From assembly GCF_009914755.1 (NCBI RefSeq), contig NC_060925.1: DNA of 64,000 nucleotides, one strand, 5' to 3'. Position 1 is the stretch's first letter. Every line of letters begins with the position of its first letter. The translations under genes and the position numbers were made by a program. This document shows, in pieces, positions 24,966 through 40,788 of the stretch. This DNA comes from the human T2T-CHM13v2.0 reference genome, Homo sapiens. The notes beneath the pieces are model-generated. The model ran no database searches. It was not told where the DNA came from and saw nothing but the letters and a program-made list of their open reading frames with translations.

Positions 24966-26799
24966 TAGCTGAAAGGTATTCTGTAAGTACAAGTGGGCTT
25001 CTGAGGGTTTTGGGGTTTACATGAAACCAGTGTTAAAAGAGAAAGCCAAGTATCCCAGAAATAGTCTTAATAAAATCAATACCAAGCCTTAAGAAAATAA
25101 ATACACACATATGTGCATACATGCATGCATAATTAATAACAACCAAGCCATGGTGTCATGAAATAGCAAAAGATTTTGTTTTACTTTTAAGTCAAAATAA
25201 AAGGTTTGTATTGCTATAGTAATGATCTAGAAGACATGAAACAAAAGTTATAACTAAGGAAGTAGAAGTAAAGCTAACTATGTTTGTATACCAGTACAGA
25301 GGAAATTGAACAAAGTAAATGGAAATTGTTTACTGAACTCTGTGAACACTGGTAGAGTGGCTGTACCATCATGGGTGACTGGTACAGATGTGTTGAATAA
25401 ATGAATGAATGAGCTAACAATTCTATACTAGGTAACTTCTTCCTCACCTCAACCTTCCAACACTGCACAGAGATGCTAGAATTTATACAAGTTGAGTAAA
25501 ATAATCTAAGATGTGAATATTTCACTGGGAGAAGGATTGTAGAGAATAAGGGAGGAATTGGTGGTCATACAATGTGACTTCTGGTCAACCACAAAAAACT
25601 AGGTGATGCCAGCACTAGCTCAGGTTCTGATATGATAAGATGGAGAAAGATGCACAGGAGTGAGAAGTCCGTAAGGGATGTAGAGGGGCTCTGCTCATGC
25701 ATGTTGCCCAATTGTAGCATTGAAGTCTTAGAGTCCCTGAATTCATTTAGCTGCTATGTAGTATATTTCATATTCTAACAGAAGATTTCTCAAGCATGCC
25801 TGGCAAATGCTCATACAATCTCCCTTAGAATGTCTCCAGTGATAAAGATCATACAACTTTTTAAACTGGGCAGCTCAATTATTAACAGACATAATTTTGT
25901 AAAGCTTCATCTTTATAATGCTTGAAATGTACCACCTTACAATTGCACCCAATACTGAGCACAATGCCTATACAGAAAAACCACTCACTAATTTTTTTGT
26001 TGTTGAATTAACAGTCTCATTTTTACCCCTGTGTGGGAGGACTCCACTCACTTGCAGATGATGGACTTTTTTCTCAAAAGAAGAGGGTAATTAGGAGCAG
26101 TGCCATAGCAGACAAGAGTTCAACATTTCATGATGACAGTTCAGTTCCATTTATTTATTTAGCAGATATGTTTTTCAGCTTTTTAAGACAATACCTTCTT
26201 GATAATACTAGGTGAGAAAAGAGGATGTATGAAAGCAATACAACTCTTTAAATAATAATACCCACTTCCAGGTACATCACTCTCAAAACATTCCCTTCCC
26301 CAGGTAAAATTTTACAAAATCTATCAATAATCATAGTTTGCCCAATCATCAGGCTTTACCATGGGTGCTGAGGTTTATCAGTTTTACCCTTGGTACTACA
26401 ACCTAGACCAAAACACTCAGGAGGTGTGATGTAATCTCATCAGAATACAATGAATCCATCATAATATTGGATATAAACTAGGAGTTCTATTGACACATTA
26501 ACTGAAACATTTTTCTCAGCAATTTCATCACACACTGAGTTTGCAATTGTATAAAAGCAGAGTTTCATATTTAATCTGTGTCTATTTTTCAGCCAGGTCT
26601 TTCCTATAAATTTACCCTTTTTACTCTAAATGCAGAACTTAGCAACTACTCCTATTAAAAATTTTATTTTGTTGGTTTCAGTGTAATAGTTCAACATTTT
26701 AAGAGCTTCTATATTTTCATTCTCCTTCCATTTTTCTTTATCTAGCTCAGATGTTAAAATATCTCTACACTCTGAATTTTGATTCCCTCCTTCTTTCGC

Positions 26800-27260
26800 C
26801 AGCATTGCACCTGCCTTTCTCAAACCTCCCTTAACTCTCTTTTAAATTTGATCTTTTGCATTTCTACATTGCTTTCACTGAAATTGGTTCAATGATAATC
26901 ACTTAATTTTCAAATCAAAAGTATTTTAAGTCTTTATCCTATTGGATCTTTTCTTAGTATTTAGTGATGTTGATCATCTTTTATTTGTAGAAATCTCTCT
27001 TTCCCTAAATTTTATTACATTATTTGCTTATGGTTCACCTTGTACCAAAATATCTTTGATCTTCTTTTCTCTTTAAATATCATTGTACCTCATGCTTTCC
27101 CATTTATTCTCAGTTACTTCCATGTCTCCAAAGGTATGTCACCACTCTTAGTCTATATTTCTTTCCTTAGCTACCAGACATATATTTTCCACTGACTGCT
27201 GGAAAATTAAATCTCTACACCCTTAAACACCCTAAACTCAATATTTTCAAAATTTTTAAT
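26800..27260 (+). mobile_element. L2 fragment
   Basis: Pyrimidine-rich 'cttagtatttagtgatgttgatcatct...ccagacatatattttccactgactgctgga'. Confidence 0.55.
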
Positions 27261-27419
27261 TTTAGAGAGCAAGATTCTCTGCCTTTTTTTCTATGAAATT
27301 CATCCTCTACTTCACTGTCCAACAGATACCAAGCACAGACATTATCAGCTCAATTATATTATTACAGAATACATTCTACATTCCTTTAGCTTAATCTGTA
27401 AGACTCTTCACAATACAGT

Positions 27420-27650
27420 GTATATATTGAATTCACTATATGCAGACTCAACTCTAAGTGTTTTATTTATATTAACTCATTAAATTCACAACCTATAAAA
27501 TAGGAACTATTACCACCATTTTAGAAATGAGGAAATGTGTACAACAAAGAAATGACTTGCTAAAAATCAATAGCTATAAGTGTGGGAGCCAGGGCCCCAA
27601 CCCAAGGGGTCTGGCTCCAGGATCTATTATTTTGACTACCACACGATATT
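27420..27650 (-). mobile_element. MIR SINE
   Basis: 'ccattttagaaatgaggaaatgtgtacaacaaagaaatgacttgctaaaaatca...gagccagggccccaacccaagg'. Confidence 0.8.
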
Positions 27651-28419
27651 GCTTTTCACAATGTGGCCTCCTAAGGTTTTCAGATTTAGCTTGCCATAAT
27701 TCTGCACCACACTTATTGTTTTTCAGAAACAAAATTTCTTGCTGTTTCTCCCAAACTCTGTGTCTTTCCAGGACTCTGTGCCTCAATTTTTAGTGTTACT
27801 GGGGCCAGAATGCCTTTCTATCTCCCTTGATTCTTGTTATCTTTGGTGTCTTATGAACAGAATAGGGAAAGGTAAGAAGCTAACCAAGGTTGTGTCTTCA
27901 GGTGAGGTGTAGTCTCAATTCCTCGGGGAGGTCTGGATTACCTCACTTTGAGGAGAGCAGAGTTTTACACCTCTGCACCTGTCAGTTATTGCCTATATAC
28001 ATGGGATAAGGTGATGGGGACTGTTGTAACTCCCAGGCGTCTCCAGCTAAGACAACTTCAATCATCCAAGGGCAATCAATTGTCTAATTGCCCCTGCTAA
28101 TAAACATTGAAATTGATCTAAGCCGACTTAGTTTTACTTAGAACAAAATAGAATAGAAACTATTAATAAGTTGATTATTTGTTCATGCTTCCATATCAAG
28201 ATAAAAATTGTAGATATCTTTTGAATTCAGGGTTTTACATAAATAACAACAACAAAACAACACAATTAGCTAATCAAGTCAGATTCTAGCACAATACCTC
28301 TCACTTAATAGGTGTGTAATAAATAGGTGACAGAGAAATAAATGACAAGTGAAGCTGTATTTACTGTATATTACACTTTTTGGGTTCCAATTTAATATTT
28401 TTCCTAATCCCAAAAAGCA

Positions 28420-30030
28420 ATACATACTTTATGCAATTTCAAAAGCAAAACGTTGAAAACCGTTAAGACCTATACAGAAGGCAGAATGTATTTTTAATCT
28501 AAAAATTGAGGTATGTCTATGTTCACAATTTGATATATGTCCATATACTATACTACAGTTGGTCTTACCCAAAAGGCAGAGAAACAATGTCCATATAATA
28601 TATATGCACACATACATAGATTGTTACATAAATAGAAATACTTTATAAATAATTTTCTAGTTTTTTTTCTCTAACAGCATAGTGGTAAGAATACTTTCAT
28701 ATACTATTCACCCCTACCCCCAACAGATCTAGTAGTGGTGCATAAACTATTTATTTAAAAATTTATCACTTTTACTAATGACTTGAAATACCACTGTTAT
28801 TGTATATTAACTGCCCATTTGTATTTGGATTTATTTCTGCATCCTTTATCTTATTCTCCTAATTTACCCATTTATACACCAGTGCTAAACAAGTTTTAGT
28901 AACAATGATTTTTTTTTCATTGCCCAGATATAGACTGGAGAACATAACTTTTGACAGATTGTAGGTTTAGTCCATACCTCCATTCTCTTCTTTTTTAGAA
29001 ATATCTCATACAAATTTCTCATCTATCCACAAATGAGAATCTTAAAGATATTTCTATTCAAATTGCAATAAATTTCAGATTACTGAAGAGAGAAGAGACA
29101 ACTGACATATTTACGATAATATGTATTTCTATTTTAAAAGTTTATCTTTTTTATTGTACTTTAAGTTCTGGGATACATGTGCTGGATGTGCAGGTTTGTT
29201 ACATAGGTATACATGCGCCATGGTGGTTAGCTGCACCTATCAACCCATCATCTAGGTTTTAAGCCCTGCATGCATGAGGTATTTCTCCTAATGCACTCCC
29301 TCTCCTTGACACCCCTGCCCTGACAGGCCCCGGTGTGTGCTGTTCCCCTCCCTGTGTCCATGTGTTATCATTGTTCAACTCCCACCTATGAGTGAGAACA
29401 TGCGGTGTTTGGTTTTCTGTTCCTGTGTTAGTTTGCTGAGAATGATGGCTTCCAGCTTCATCCATGTTTCTGCAAAGGATATAAACTCATTCTTTTTAAT
29501 GTCTGCATAGTATTCCATGGTGTATATGTGTCACATTTTCTTTATCTAGTCTACCATTGATGGGCATTTGGGTCAGTTCCAAGTAAAAGTGTATCTTTTT
29601 TAAAAAAACAAGGGATCGATTTCTGTTCCCAGATCGGGAGGAGGAGGGTTACAGTTTTTTTAATATGGGTCCTAAATGTCCCTTAACAGGCCCAACCTTC
29701 AGTGTTTTATCATTTGTGCTTTTATTGAAAATGATATCTTTTCTTCTACATGATTGTTATTAGCATTCAAGAAAGTTCTTTAATTTTGAGTATTAATTTT
29801 GTATTCTATCATTTGTTTGAACTCTCTTATAAATTCTACTATTTTTTTCTTTTGAAGCTTTCACAAATACAATCTTAAGTCTACACCATTTTGTCTCCTT
29901 AAATTTTATATCTTTTCTTTCTTTTGTCTAATTTATTGACAAGTACATCTAATTTTTGAACATTGTTTAAAAATATAATAGTAAATATGGTAATATAGTT
30001 GTCTTATGTATGGTTAATTTTAAGGAACAT
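28420..30030 (-). mobile_element. Degraded old L1ME (continues at 40800-42700 after the young L1 complex)
   Basis: Scattered reverse L1 ORF2 motifs ('ggatttatttctgcatcctttatctt', 'ttaattttgtattctatcatttgtttgaactctcttataaattcta'). Confidence 0.5.
29151..29584 (-). mobile_element. 5'-truncated L1PA (L1PA8A-10-like) 3' end
   Basis: 3'UTR 'catctaggttttaagccctgcatgcat'; TSD aaaagt(t/g)tatctttt at 29136-29150 and 29585-29599. Confidence 0.92.
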
Positions 30031-31861
30031 GGTACTGGCATTCTTTTTTTTTTTTATTATACTTTAAGTTCTAGGGTACATGTGCACAATGTGCAGGTTT
30101 GTTACATATGTATATATCTCCTGTGTTGGTGTGCTGCACCCGTTAACTCGTCATTTACATTAGGTATATCTCCTAATGCTATCCCTCCTCCCTCCCCACA
30201 CCCCATGACAAGCCCCAGTGTGTGATGTTCTCCACCCTGTGTCCAAGTGTTCTCATTGTTCAATTCCCACCTATGAGTGAGAACATGCAGTGTTTGGTTT
30301 TCCGTCCTTGCGATAGTTTGCTCAGAATAATGGTTTCCAGCTTCATGCATGTCCCTACAAAGGACATGAACTCATCCTTTTTTATGGCTGCATAGTACTC
30401 CATGGTGTATATGTGCCACATTTTCTTAATCCAGTCTATCATCAATAGATATTTAGGTTGGTTCCAAGTCTTTGCTATTGTGAATAGTGCTGCAATAAAC
30501 ATACGTTTGCATGTTTATAGCAGCATGATTTATAATTATTTGGGTATATGTCCGGTAATGGGATGGCTGGGTCAAATGGTATTTCTAGTTCTAGATCCTT
30601 GAGGAATCGCCACACTGTCTTCCACAATAGTTGAACTAGTTTACAGTCCCACCAACAGTGTAAAAGCGTTCCTATTTCTCCACATCCTCTCCAGCACATG
30701 TAGTTTCCTGACTTTTTTTAATTAATTTTTTTAATGATACTTAAAGTTTTAGGGTACATGTGCACAATGTGCAGGTTAATTACATATGTATACATGTGCC
30801 ATGTTGGTGTGCTGCACCCATTAACTCGTCATTTAACCTTAGGTATATCTCCTAATGCTATCCCTCCCCTCTCCTCCCACCCCACAACAGGCCGCAGTGT
30901 GTGATGTTTCCCTTCCTGTGTCCATGTGTTCTCATTCTTCAATTCCCACCTATGAGTGATAACATGTGGTGTTTGGTTTTTTGTCCTTGTGATAGTTTGC
31001 TGAGAATGATGGTTTCCAGCTTCATCCATGTCCCTACAAAGGACATGAACTCATCATTTTTTATGGCTGCATAGTATTCCATGGTGTATATGTGCCACAT
31101 TTTCTTAATCCAGTCTATCATTGTTGGACATTTGGGTTGGTTCCAAGTCCTTGCTATTGTTAATAGTGCCACAATAAACATACGTGTGCATGTGTCTTTA
31201 TGGCAGCATGATTTATAATCCTTTGGGTAAATACCCAGTAATGGGATGGCTGGGTCAAATGGTATTTCTAGCTCTAGATCCCTAAGGAACTGCCATACTG
31301 ACTTCCACAATGGTTGAAACAGTTTACAGACCCACCAACAGTGTAAAAGTGTTGCTATTTCTCCACATCCTCTCCAGCACCTGTTGTTTCCTGACTTTTT
31401 AATGATTGCCATTCTAACTGGTGTGAGATGGTATCTCACTGTGGTTTTGATTTGCATTTCTCTGATGGCCAGTGATGATGAGCATTTTTTCATGTGTCTT
31501 TTGGCTGCATAAATGTCTTCTTTTGAGAAGTGTTTGTTCATATCTTTCACCCACTTTTTGATGGGGTTTTTAATTATTTTTTCTTATAAATTTGTTTGAG
31601 TTCATTGTAGATTCTGGATATTAGCCCTTTGTCAGATGAGTAGATTGCAAAAATTTTCACCCATTCTGTAGGTTGCCTGTTCACTCTGATGGTAGTTTCC
31701 TTTGCTGGGAAGAAGCTCTTTAGTTTAATTAGATCCCATTTGTCAATTTTGGCTTTTGTTGCCCTTGCTTTTAGTGTTTTAGACATGAAGTCCTTGCCCA
31801 TCCCTACGTCCTGAATGCTATTGCCTATGTTTTCTTCTAGGGTTTTTATGGTTTTAGGTCT

Positions 31862-32393
31862 ATTTGTGTACCTGAAAGTGATGGGGAGAACCAAGTTGGA
31901 AAACACTCTGCAGGATATCATCCAGGAGAACTTCCCCAATCTAGCAAGGCAGGCCAACATTCAAATTCAGGAAATACAGAAAAGGCCACAAAGATACTCA
32001 TCAAGAAGAGCAACTCCAAGACACATAATTATCAGATTCACCAAAGTTGAAATGAAGGAAAAAATGTTAAGGGCAGCCAGAGAGAAAGGTCGGGTTGCCC
32101 ACAAAGGGAAGCCCATCAGACTAACAGCGGATCTCTTGGCAGAAACTCTACAAGCCAGAAGAGAGTGGGGGCCAATAATCAACATTCTTAAAGAAAATAA
32201 TTTTCAACCCAGAATTTCATATCCAGTCAAACTAAGCTTCATAAGTGAAAGAGAAATAAAATACTTTGCAGACAAGCAAATGCTGAGAGATTTTGTCACC
32301 ACCAGGCCTGCCCTAAAAGAGCTCCTGAAGGAAGCACTAAACATGGAAAGGAACAACCAGTACCAGCCACTGCAAAAACATGCCAAATTGTAA
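31862..32393 (+). pseudogene. L1 ORF1p C-terminal half (inner L1, inverted segment)
   Basis: [21 protein letters not shown]...YQPLQKHAKL. Confidence 0.92.
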
Positions 32394-32456
32394 AGACCAT
32401 CGATGCTAGGAAGAAACTGCATCACCTAACGAACAAAATAACCAGCTAACATCATA

Positions 32457-35341
<2,885 letters not shown>

Positions 35342-35357
35342 AGTTTCCTGACTTTTT

Positions 35358-38300
35358 AATGATCACCATTCTAACTGGTGTGAGATGGTATCTCATTGTG
35401 GTTTTGATTTGCATTTCTCTGATGGCCAGTGATGATGAGCATTTTTTCATGTGTCTGTTGGCTGCATAAATGTCTTCTTTTGAGAAGTGTCTGTTCATAT
35501 CCTTTGCCCACTTTTTGATGGGGTTGTTTGATTTTTTTCTTGTAAATTTGTTGAAGTTCTTTGTAGATTCTGGATGTTAGCCCTTTGCCAGATGGGTAGA
35601 TTGCAAAAATTTTCTCCCATTCTGTAGGTGGCCTGTTCACTCTGATGGTAGTTTCTTTTGCTATGCAGAAGCTCTTGAGTTTAATTAGATCCCATTTGTC
35701 AACTTTGGCTTTTGTTGACATTGCTTTTGGTGTTTTAGTCATGAAGTCCTTGCCCATGCCTATGGCCTGAATGGTATTGCCTAGGTTTTCTTCTAGGATT
35801 TTTACGGTTTTAGGTCTAACATTTAAGTCTTTAATCCATCTTGAATTAATTTTTGTATAAGGTGTAAGGAAGGGATCCAGTTTCAGCTTTCTACATATGG
35901 CTAGCCAGTTTTCCCAGCACCATTTATTAAATAGGGAATCCTTTCCCCATTTCTTGTTTTTGTCAGGGTTTGTCAAAGATCAGATGGTTGTAGATGTGTG
36001 GTATTATTTCCGTGGGCTCTATTCTGTTCCATTGGTCTATATCTCTGTTTTATTACCAGTACCATGCTGTTTTGGTTACTGTAGCCTTGTAGTGTAGTTT
36101 GAAGTCAGGTAGTGTGATGCCTCCAGCTTTGTTCTTTTTGCTTAGGATTGTCTTGGCAACGTGGGCTCTTTTGGTTCCATATGAACACTGAAGTAGTTTT
36201 TTCCAATTCTGGGAAGCAAGTCATTGGTAGCTTGATGGGGATGGCATTGAATCTATAATATGGCTATTTTCACAATGTTGATTCTTTGTATCCATGAGCA
36301 TGGAATGTTCTTCCATTTGTTTGTGTCCCCTTTTATTTTGTTGAGCAGTGATTTGTAGTTCTCCTTGAAGAGGTCCTTCACGTCCCTTGTAAGTTGGATT
36401 CCTAGGTATTTTATTTTCTTTGAAGCAATTGTGAATGGGAGTTCACTCATGATTTGGCTCTCTGTTTGTCTGTTGTTATTGGTGTATAGGAATGCTTGTG
36501 ATTTCTGCATGTTAATGTTGTATCCTGAGACTTTGCTGAAGTTGCTTATCAGCTTAAGGAGATTTTGGGCTGAGACTATGGGGTTTTCTAAATATACAAT
36601 CATATCATCTGCAAACAGGGACAATTTGACTTCCTCTTTTCCTAATTGAATACGCTTTTTTTCTTTCTCTTGCCTGATTGCCCTGGCCAGAACTTCCAAT
36701 GCTACGTTGAATAGGAGTGGTGAGAGAGGGCATCCCTGTCTTGTGCCAGTTTTCAAAGGGAATGCCTCCAGTTTTTGCCCATTAAGTATGATATTGGCTG
36801 TGGGTTTGTCATAAATAGCTCTTATTATTTTGATATACATCCCATCAATACCTAGTTTATTGACAGTTTTTAGAATGAAGGGCTGTTGAATTTTCTTGAA
36901 GGCCTATTGAGATAATCATGTGGTTTTTGTCTTTGGTTCTTTTTATATGATGCATTACATTTATTGATTTCTGTTTGTTGAACCAGCCTTGCATCCCAGA
37001 GATGAAGCCCACTTGATCATGGTGGATAAGCTTTTTGATGTGCTGCTGGATTCAGTTTGCCAGTATTTTATTGAGGATTTTTGCATCGATGTTCATTAGG
37101 GATATTGGTCTAAAATTCTCTTTTTTTGTTGCTTCTCTGCCAGGCTTTGGTATACGGATGATGTTGGCCTCATAAAATGAATTAGGGAGGATTCTCTCTT
37201 TTTCCATTGATTGGAATAGTTTCAGAAGGAATGGTACCAGCTCCTCTTTGTACCTCTCATAGAATACGGCTGTGAATCTGTGTGGTTCTGGACTTTTTTG
37301 GTTGGTAGGCTACTAATTATTGCCTCAATTTCCAAACCTGTTATTGGTCTATTCAGGGATTGAACTTCTTCCTGGTTTAGTCTTGGGAGGGTGTATGTGT
37401 CCAGAAATGTATGCATTTCTTCTATATTTTCTAGTTTATTTGCATAGAGGTGTGTATAGTATTCTCTGATGGTAGTTTGTATTTCTGTGGGATCAGTAGT
37501 GATATCCCCTTTATCATTTTTTATTACATCTGTTTGATTCTTCTCTCTTTTCTTCTTTATTAGTCTTGCTATCAGTCTATCAATTTTGTTGATCTTTTCA
37601 AAAAACCAGTTCCTGGATTCATTGATTTTTTGAAGGGTTTTTTGTGTCTCTATCTCCTTCAGTTCTGCTCTGATCTTAGTTATTTCTTGCCTTCTGCTAG
37701 CTTTTGAATGTGTTTGCTCTTGCTTCTCTGGTTTTTTTAATTGTGACGTTAGGGTGTCAGTTTTAGATCTTTCCTGCTTTCTCTTGTGGGCATTTAGTGC
37801 TATAAATTTCCCTCTACACACTGCTTTAAATGTGTCCCCTATATTCTGGTATGTTGTATCTTTGTTCTCATTGGTTTCAAAGAACATCTTCATTTCTGCC
37901 TTCATTTTGTTATGTATCCAGTAGTCATTCAGGAGCGGGTTAGTCAGTTTCCATGTAGTTGAGTGGTTTTGAGTAAGTTTCTTAATCCTGAGTTCTAGTT
38001 TGTTTTCACTGTAGTCTGAGAGACAGTTTGTTATAATTTCTGTTCTACATTTGCCAAGGAGTGCTTTACTTCCAACTATGTGGGCTATTGTGGAATAAGT
38101 GTGATGTGGGCTGAGAAGAATGTGTATTCTGTTGATTTGGGTGGAGAGTTCTGTAGATGTCTATTAGATCCACTTGGTGCAGAGCTGAGTTCAATTCCTG
38201 GATATCCTTGCTAACTTTCTGTCTCGTTGATCTGTCTAATGTTGACAGTGGGGTGTTAAAGTCTCCTATTATTATCGTGTGGGAGTCTAAGTCTCTTTGT

Positions 38301-38701
38301 AGATCTCTAAGGACTTGCTTTATGAATCTGCATCCTTCTGTATTGGGTGCATATATATTTAGGATAGTTAGCTCTTCTTGTTGAATTGATCCCTTCACCA
38401 TTATGTAATGACCTTCTTTGTCTCTTTTGATCTTTGTTGGTTTAAAGTCTGTTTTATCAGAGACTAAGGTTGTAACCCCTGCCTTTTTGTTTGTTTGTTT
38501 TCCATTTGCTTGGTAAATCTTCCTCCATCCCTCTATTTTGAGCCTATGTGTGTCTCTGCACATGATATGGGTCTCCTGAATACAGCACACTGATGGGTCT
38601 TGACTCTTTATCCAATTTGCCAGTCTGCATCTTTTAATTGGAGCATTTAGCCCATTTACATTTAAGGTAAATATTGTTATGTTTGAATTTGATCCTCTCA
38701 T
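35358..38701 (-). pseudogene. Disrupted L1 ORF2p (outer L1; C-terminus continues at 30717-30260)
   Basis: ORF pieces 38066-38701, 37222-37905, 36253-36840 and 35371-35976 in different frames. Confidence 0.93.
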
Positions 38702-38764
38702 TATGATGTTAGCTGGTTATTTTGCTTGTTAGTTGATGCAGTTTCTTCCTAGCCTCGATGGTCT

Positions 38765-39789
38765 TTACAATTTGGCATGTTTTTGCAGTGGCTGGTACTG
38801 GTTGTTCCTTTCCATGTTTAGTGCTTCCTTCAGGAGCTCTTGTAAGGCAGGCCTGGTGGTGACAAAATCTCTCAGCATTTGTTTGTCTGTAAAGGATTTT
38901 ATTTCTCCTTCACTTATGAAGCTTAGTTTGGCTGGATATGAAATTCTGGGTTGAAAATTATTTTCTTTAAGAATGTTGATTATTGGCCCCCACTCTCTTC
39001 TGGCTTGTAGAGTTTCTGCTGAGAGGTCTGCTGTTAGTCTGATGGGCTTCCCTTTGTGGGTAACCTGACCTTTCTCTCTGGCTGCCCTTAACATTTTTTC
39101 CTTCATTTCAACTTTGGTGAATCTGACAATTATGTGTCTTGGAGTTGCTCTTCTCGAGGAGTATCTTTGTGGCATTCTCTGTATTTCCTGAATTTGAAGT
39201 TGGCCTGCCTTGCTAGGTTGGGGAAGTTCTCCTGGATAATATCCTGCAGAGTGTTTTCCAACTTGGTTCCATTCTCCCCGTCACTTTCAGGTACAGCAAT
39301 CAGATGCAGATTTGGTCTTTTCACATAGTCCCATATTTATTGGAGGCTTTGTTCATTTCTTTTTACTCTTGTTTCTCTAAACTTCTCTTCTCACTTCATT
39401 TCATTCATTTGATCTTCAACCACTGATACCCTTTCTTCCACTTGATCAAATTGGCTACTGAAGCTTGTGCATGCATCACATAGTTCTCGTGCCATGGTTT
39501 TCAGTTCCATCAGGTCATTTAAGGACTTCTCTACACTGTTTATTCCAGTTAGCCATTCATCTAATCTTTTCTCAGGGTTTTTAGCTTCTTTGCAATGGGT
39601 TTGAACATCCTCCTTTTGCTCGGAGAAGTTTGTTATTACCGATTGTCTGAAGAATTCTTCTCTCAACTCATCAAAGTCATTCTCTGTCCAGCTTTGTTCC
39701 ATTGCTGGTGAGGAGTTGTGTTTCTTTGGAGGAGAAGAGGCACTCTGGTTTTTAGAATTTTCAGATTTTCTGCTCTGGTTTCTCCCCAT
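38765..39789 (-). pseudogene. Frameshifted L1 ORF1p (outer L1)
   Basis: MGRNQSRKSENSKNQSASSPP... through ...QKHAKL split over three frames. Confidence 0.93.
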
Positions 39790-40788
39790 CTTTGTGGTTT
39801 TATCTACCTTTGGTCTTTGATGGTGGTGATGTACAGATTTGGTTTTGGTGTGGATGTCCTTTCTGTTTGTTAGTTTTCCTTCTAACAGTCAGGACCCTCA
39901 GCTACAGGTCTATTGGAGTTTGCTGGAGGTCCACTCCAGACCCTGTTTGCCTGGGTATCACCACTGGAGGCTGCAGAACAGCAAATATTGCAGAACGGCA
40001 AATGTTGCTGTCTAATCTTTCTTCTGGAAGCTTCGTCTCAGAGGGGCACCTGGCTGTATGAGGTGTCAGTCGGCCCCTACTGGGAGGTGTCTCCCATTAG
40101 GCTACTTGGGGGGTCAGGGACCCACTTGAGGAGGCAGTCTGTCCATGCTCAGATTTCAAACTCCATGCTGGGAGAGGCACTACTCTCTTCAAACCTGTCA
40201 GACAGGGACGTTTAAGTCTGCACAAGTTTCTGCTGCCTTTCGTTCAGCTATGCCCTGCCCCCAGAGGTGGAGTCTACAGAGGCAGGCAGGCCTCCTTGAG
40301 CTGCAGTGGGCTCCACCCAGTTCGAGCTTCCCAGCCACTTTGTTTACCTACTCAAGCCTCAGCAACGGCAGACGCCCCTCCCACAGCCTCGCTGCCACCT
40401 TGCAGTTTGATCTCAGACTGCTGTGCTAGCAGTGAGCGAGGATCCATGGGCATCAGACCCTCCGAGCCAGGCACAGGATATAATCTCCTGGTGTGCTGTT
40501 TGCTAAGGCTGTTGGAAAAGTGCAGTATTAGGGTGGGAGTGTACCAATTTTCCAGGTACCATCTGTCATGGCTTCCCTTTGCTAGGAAAGGGAATTCCCT
40601 GACCCCTTGCGCTTCCCAGGTGAGGCGATGCCCCGCCCTGTTCCGTGGGCTGCACCCAATGTCTGACAAGCCCCAGTGAGATGAACCTAATACCTCAGTT
40701 GGAAATGCAGAAATCACCCGTCTTCTGCACCGCTCACGCTGGGAGCTGCAGACTGGAGCTGTTCCTATTCAGCCATCTTGGAACCTCC
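39790..40788 (-). promoter_or_regulatory. L1 5'UTR internal sense promoter and antisense promoter; YY1-like site at 40770-40780; retains the ~130-bp segment (about 39918-40050) lost in L1HS
   Basis: CAAGATGGCTG near the 5' end; extra block between 'ggtctattgga' and 'gaggtgtcagt' relative to recalled L1HS; many CpGs decayed. Confidence 0.75.
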
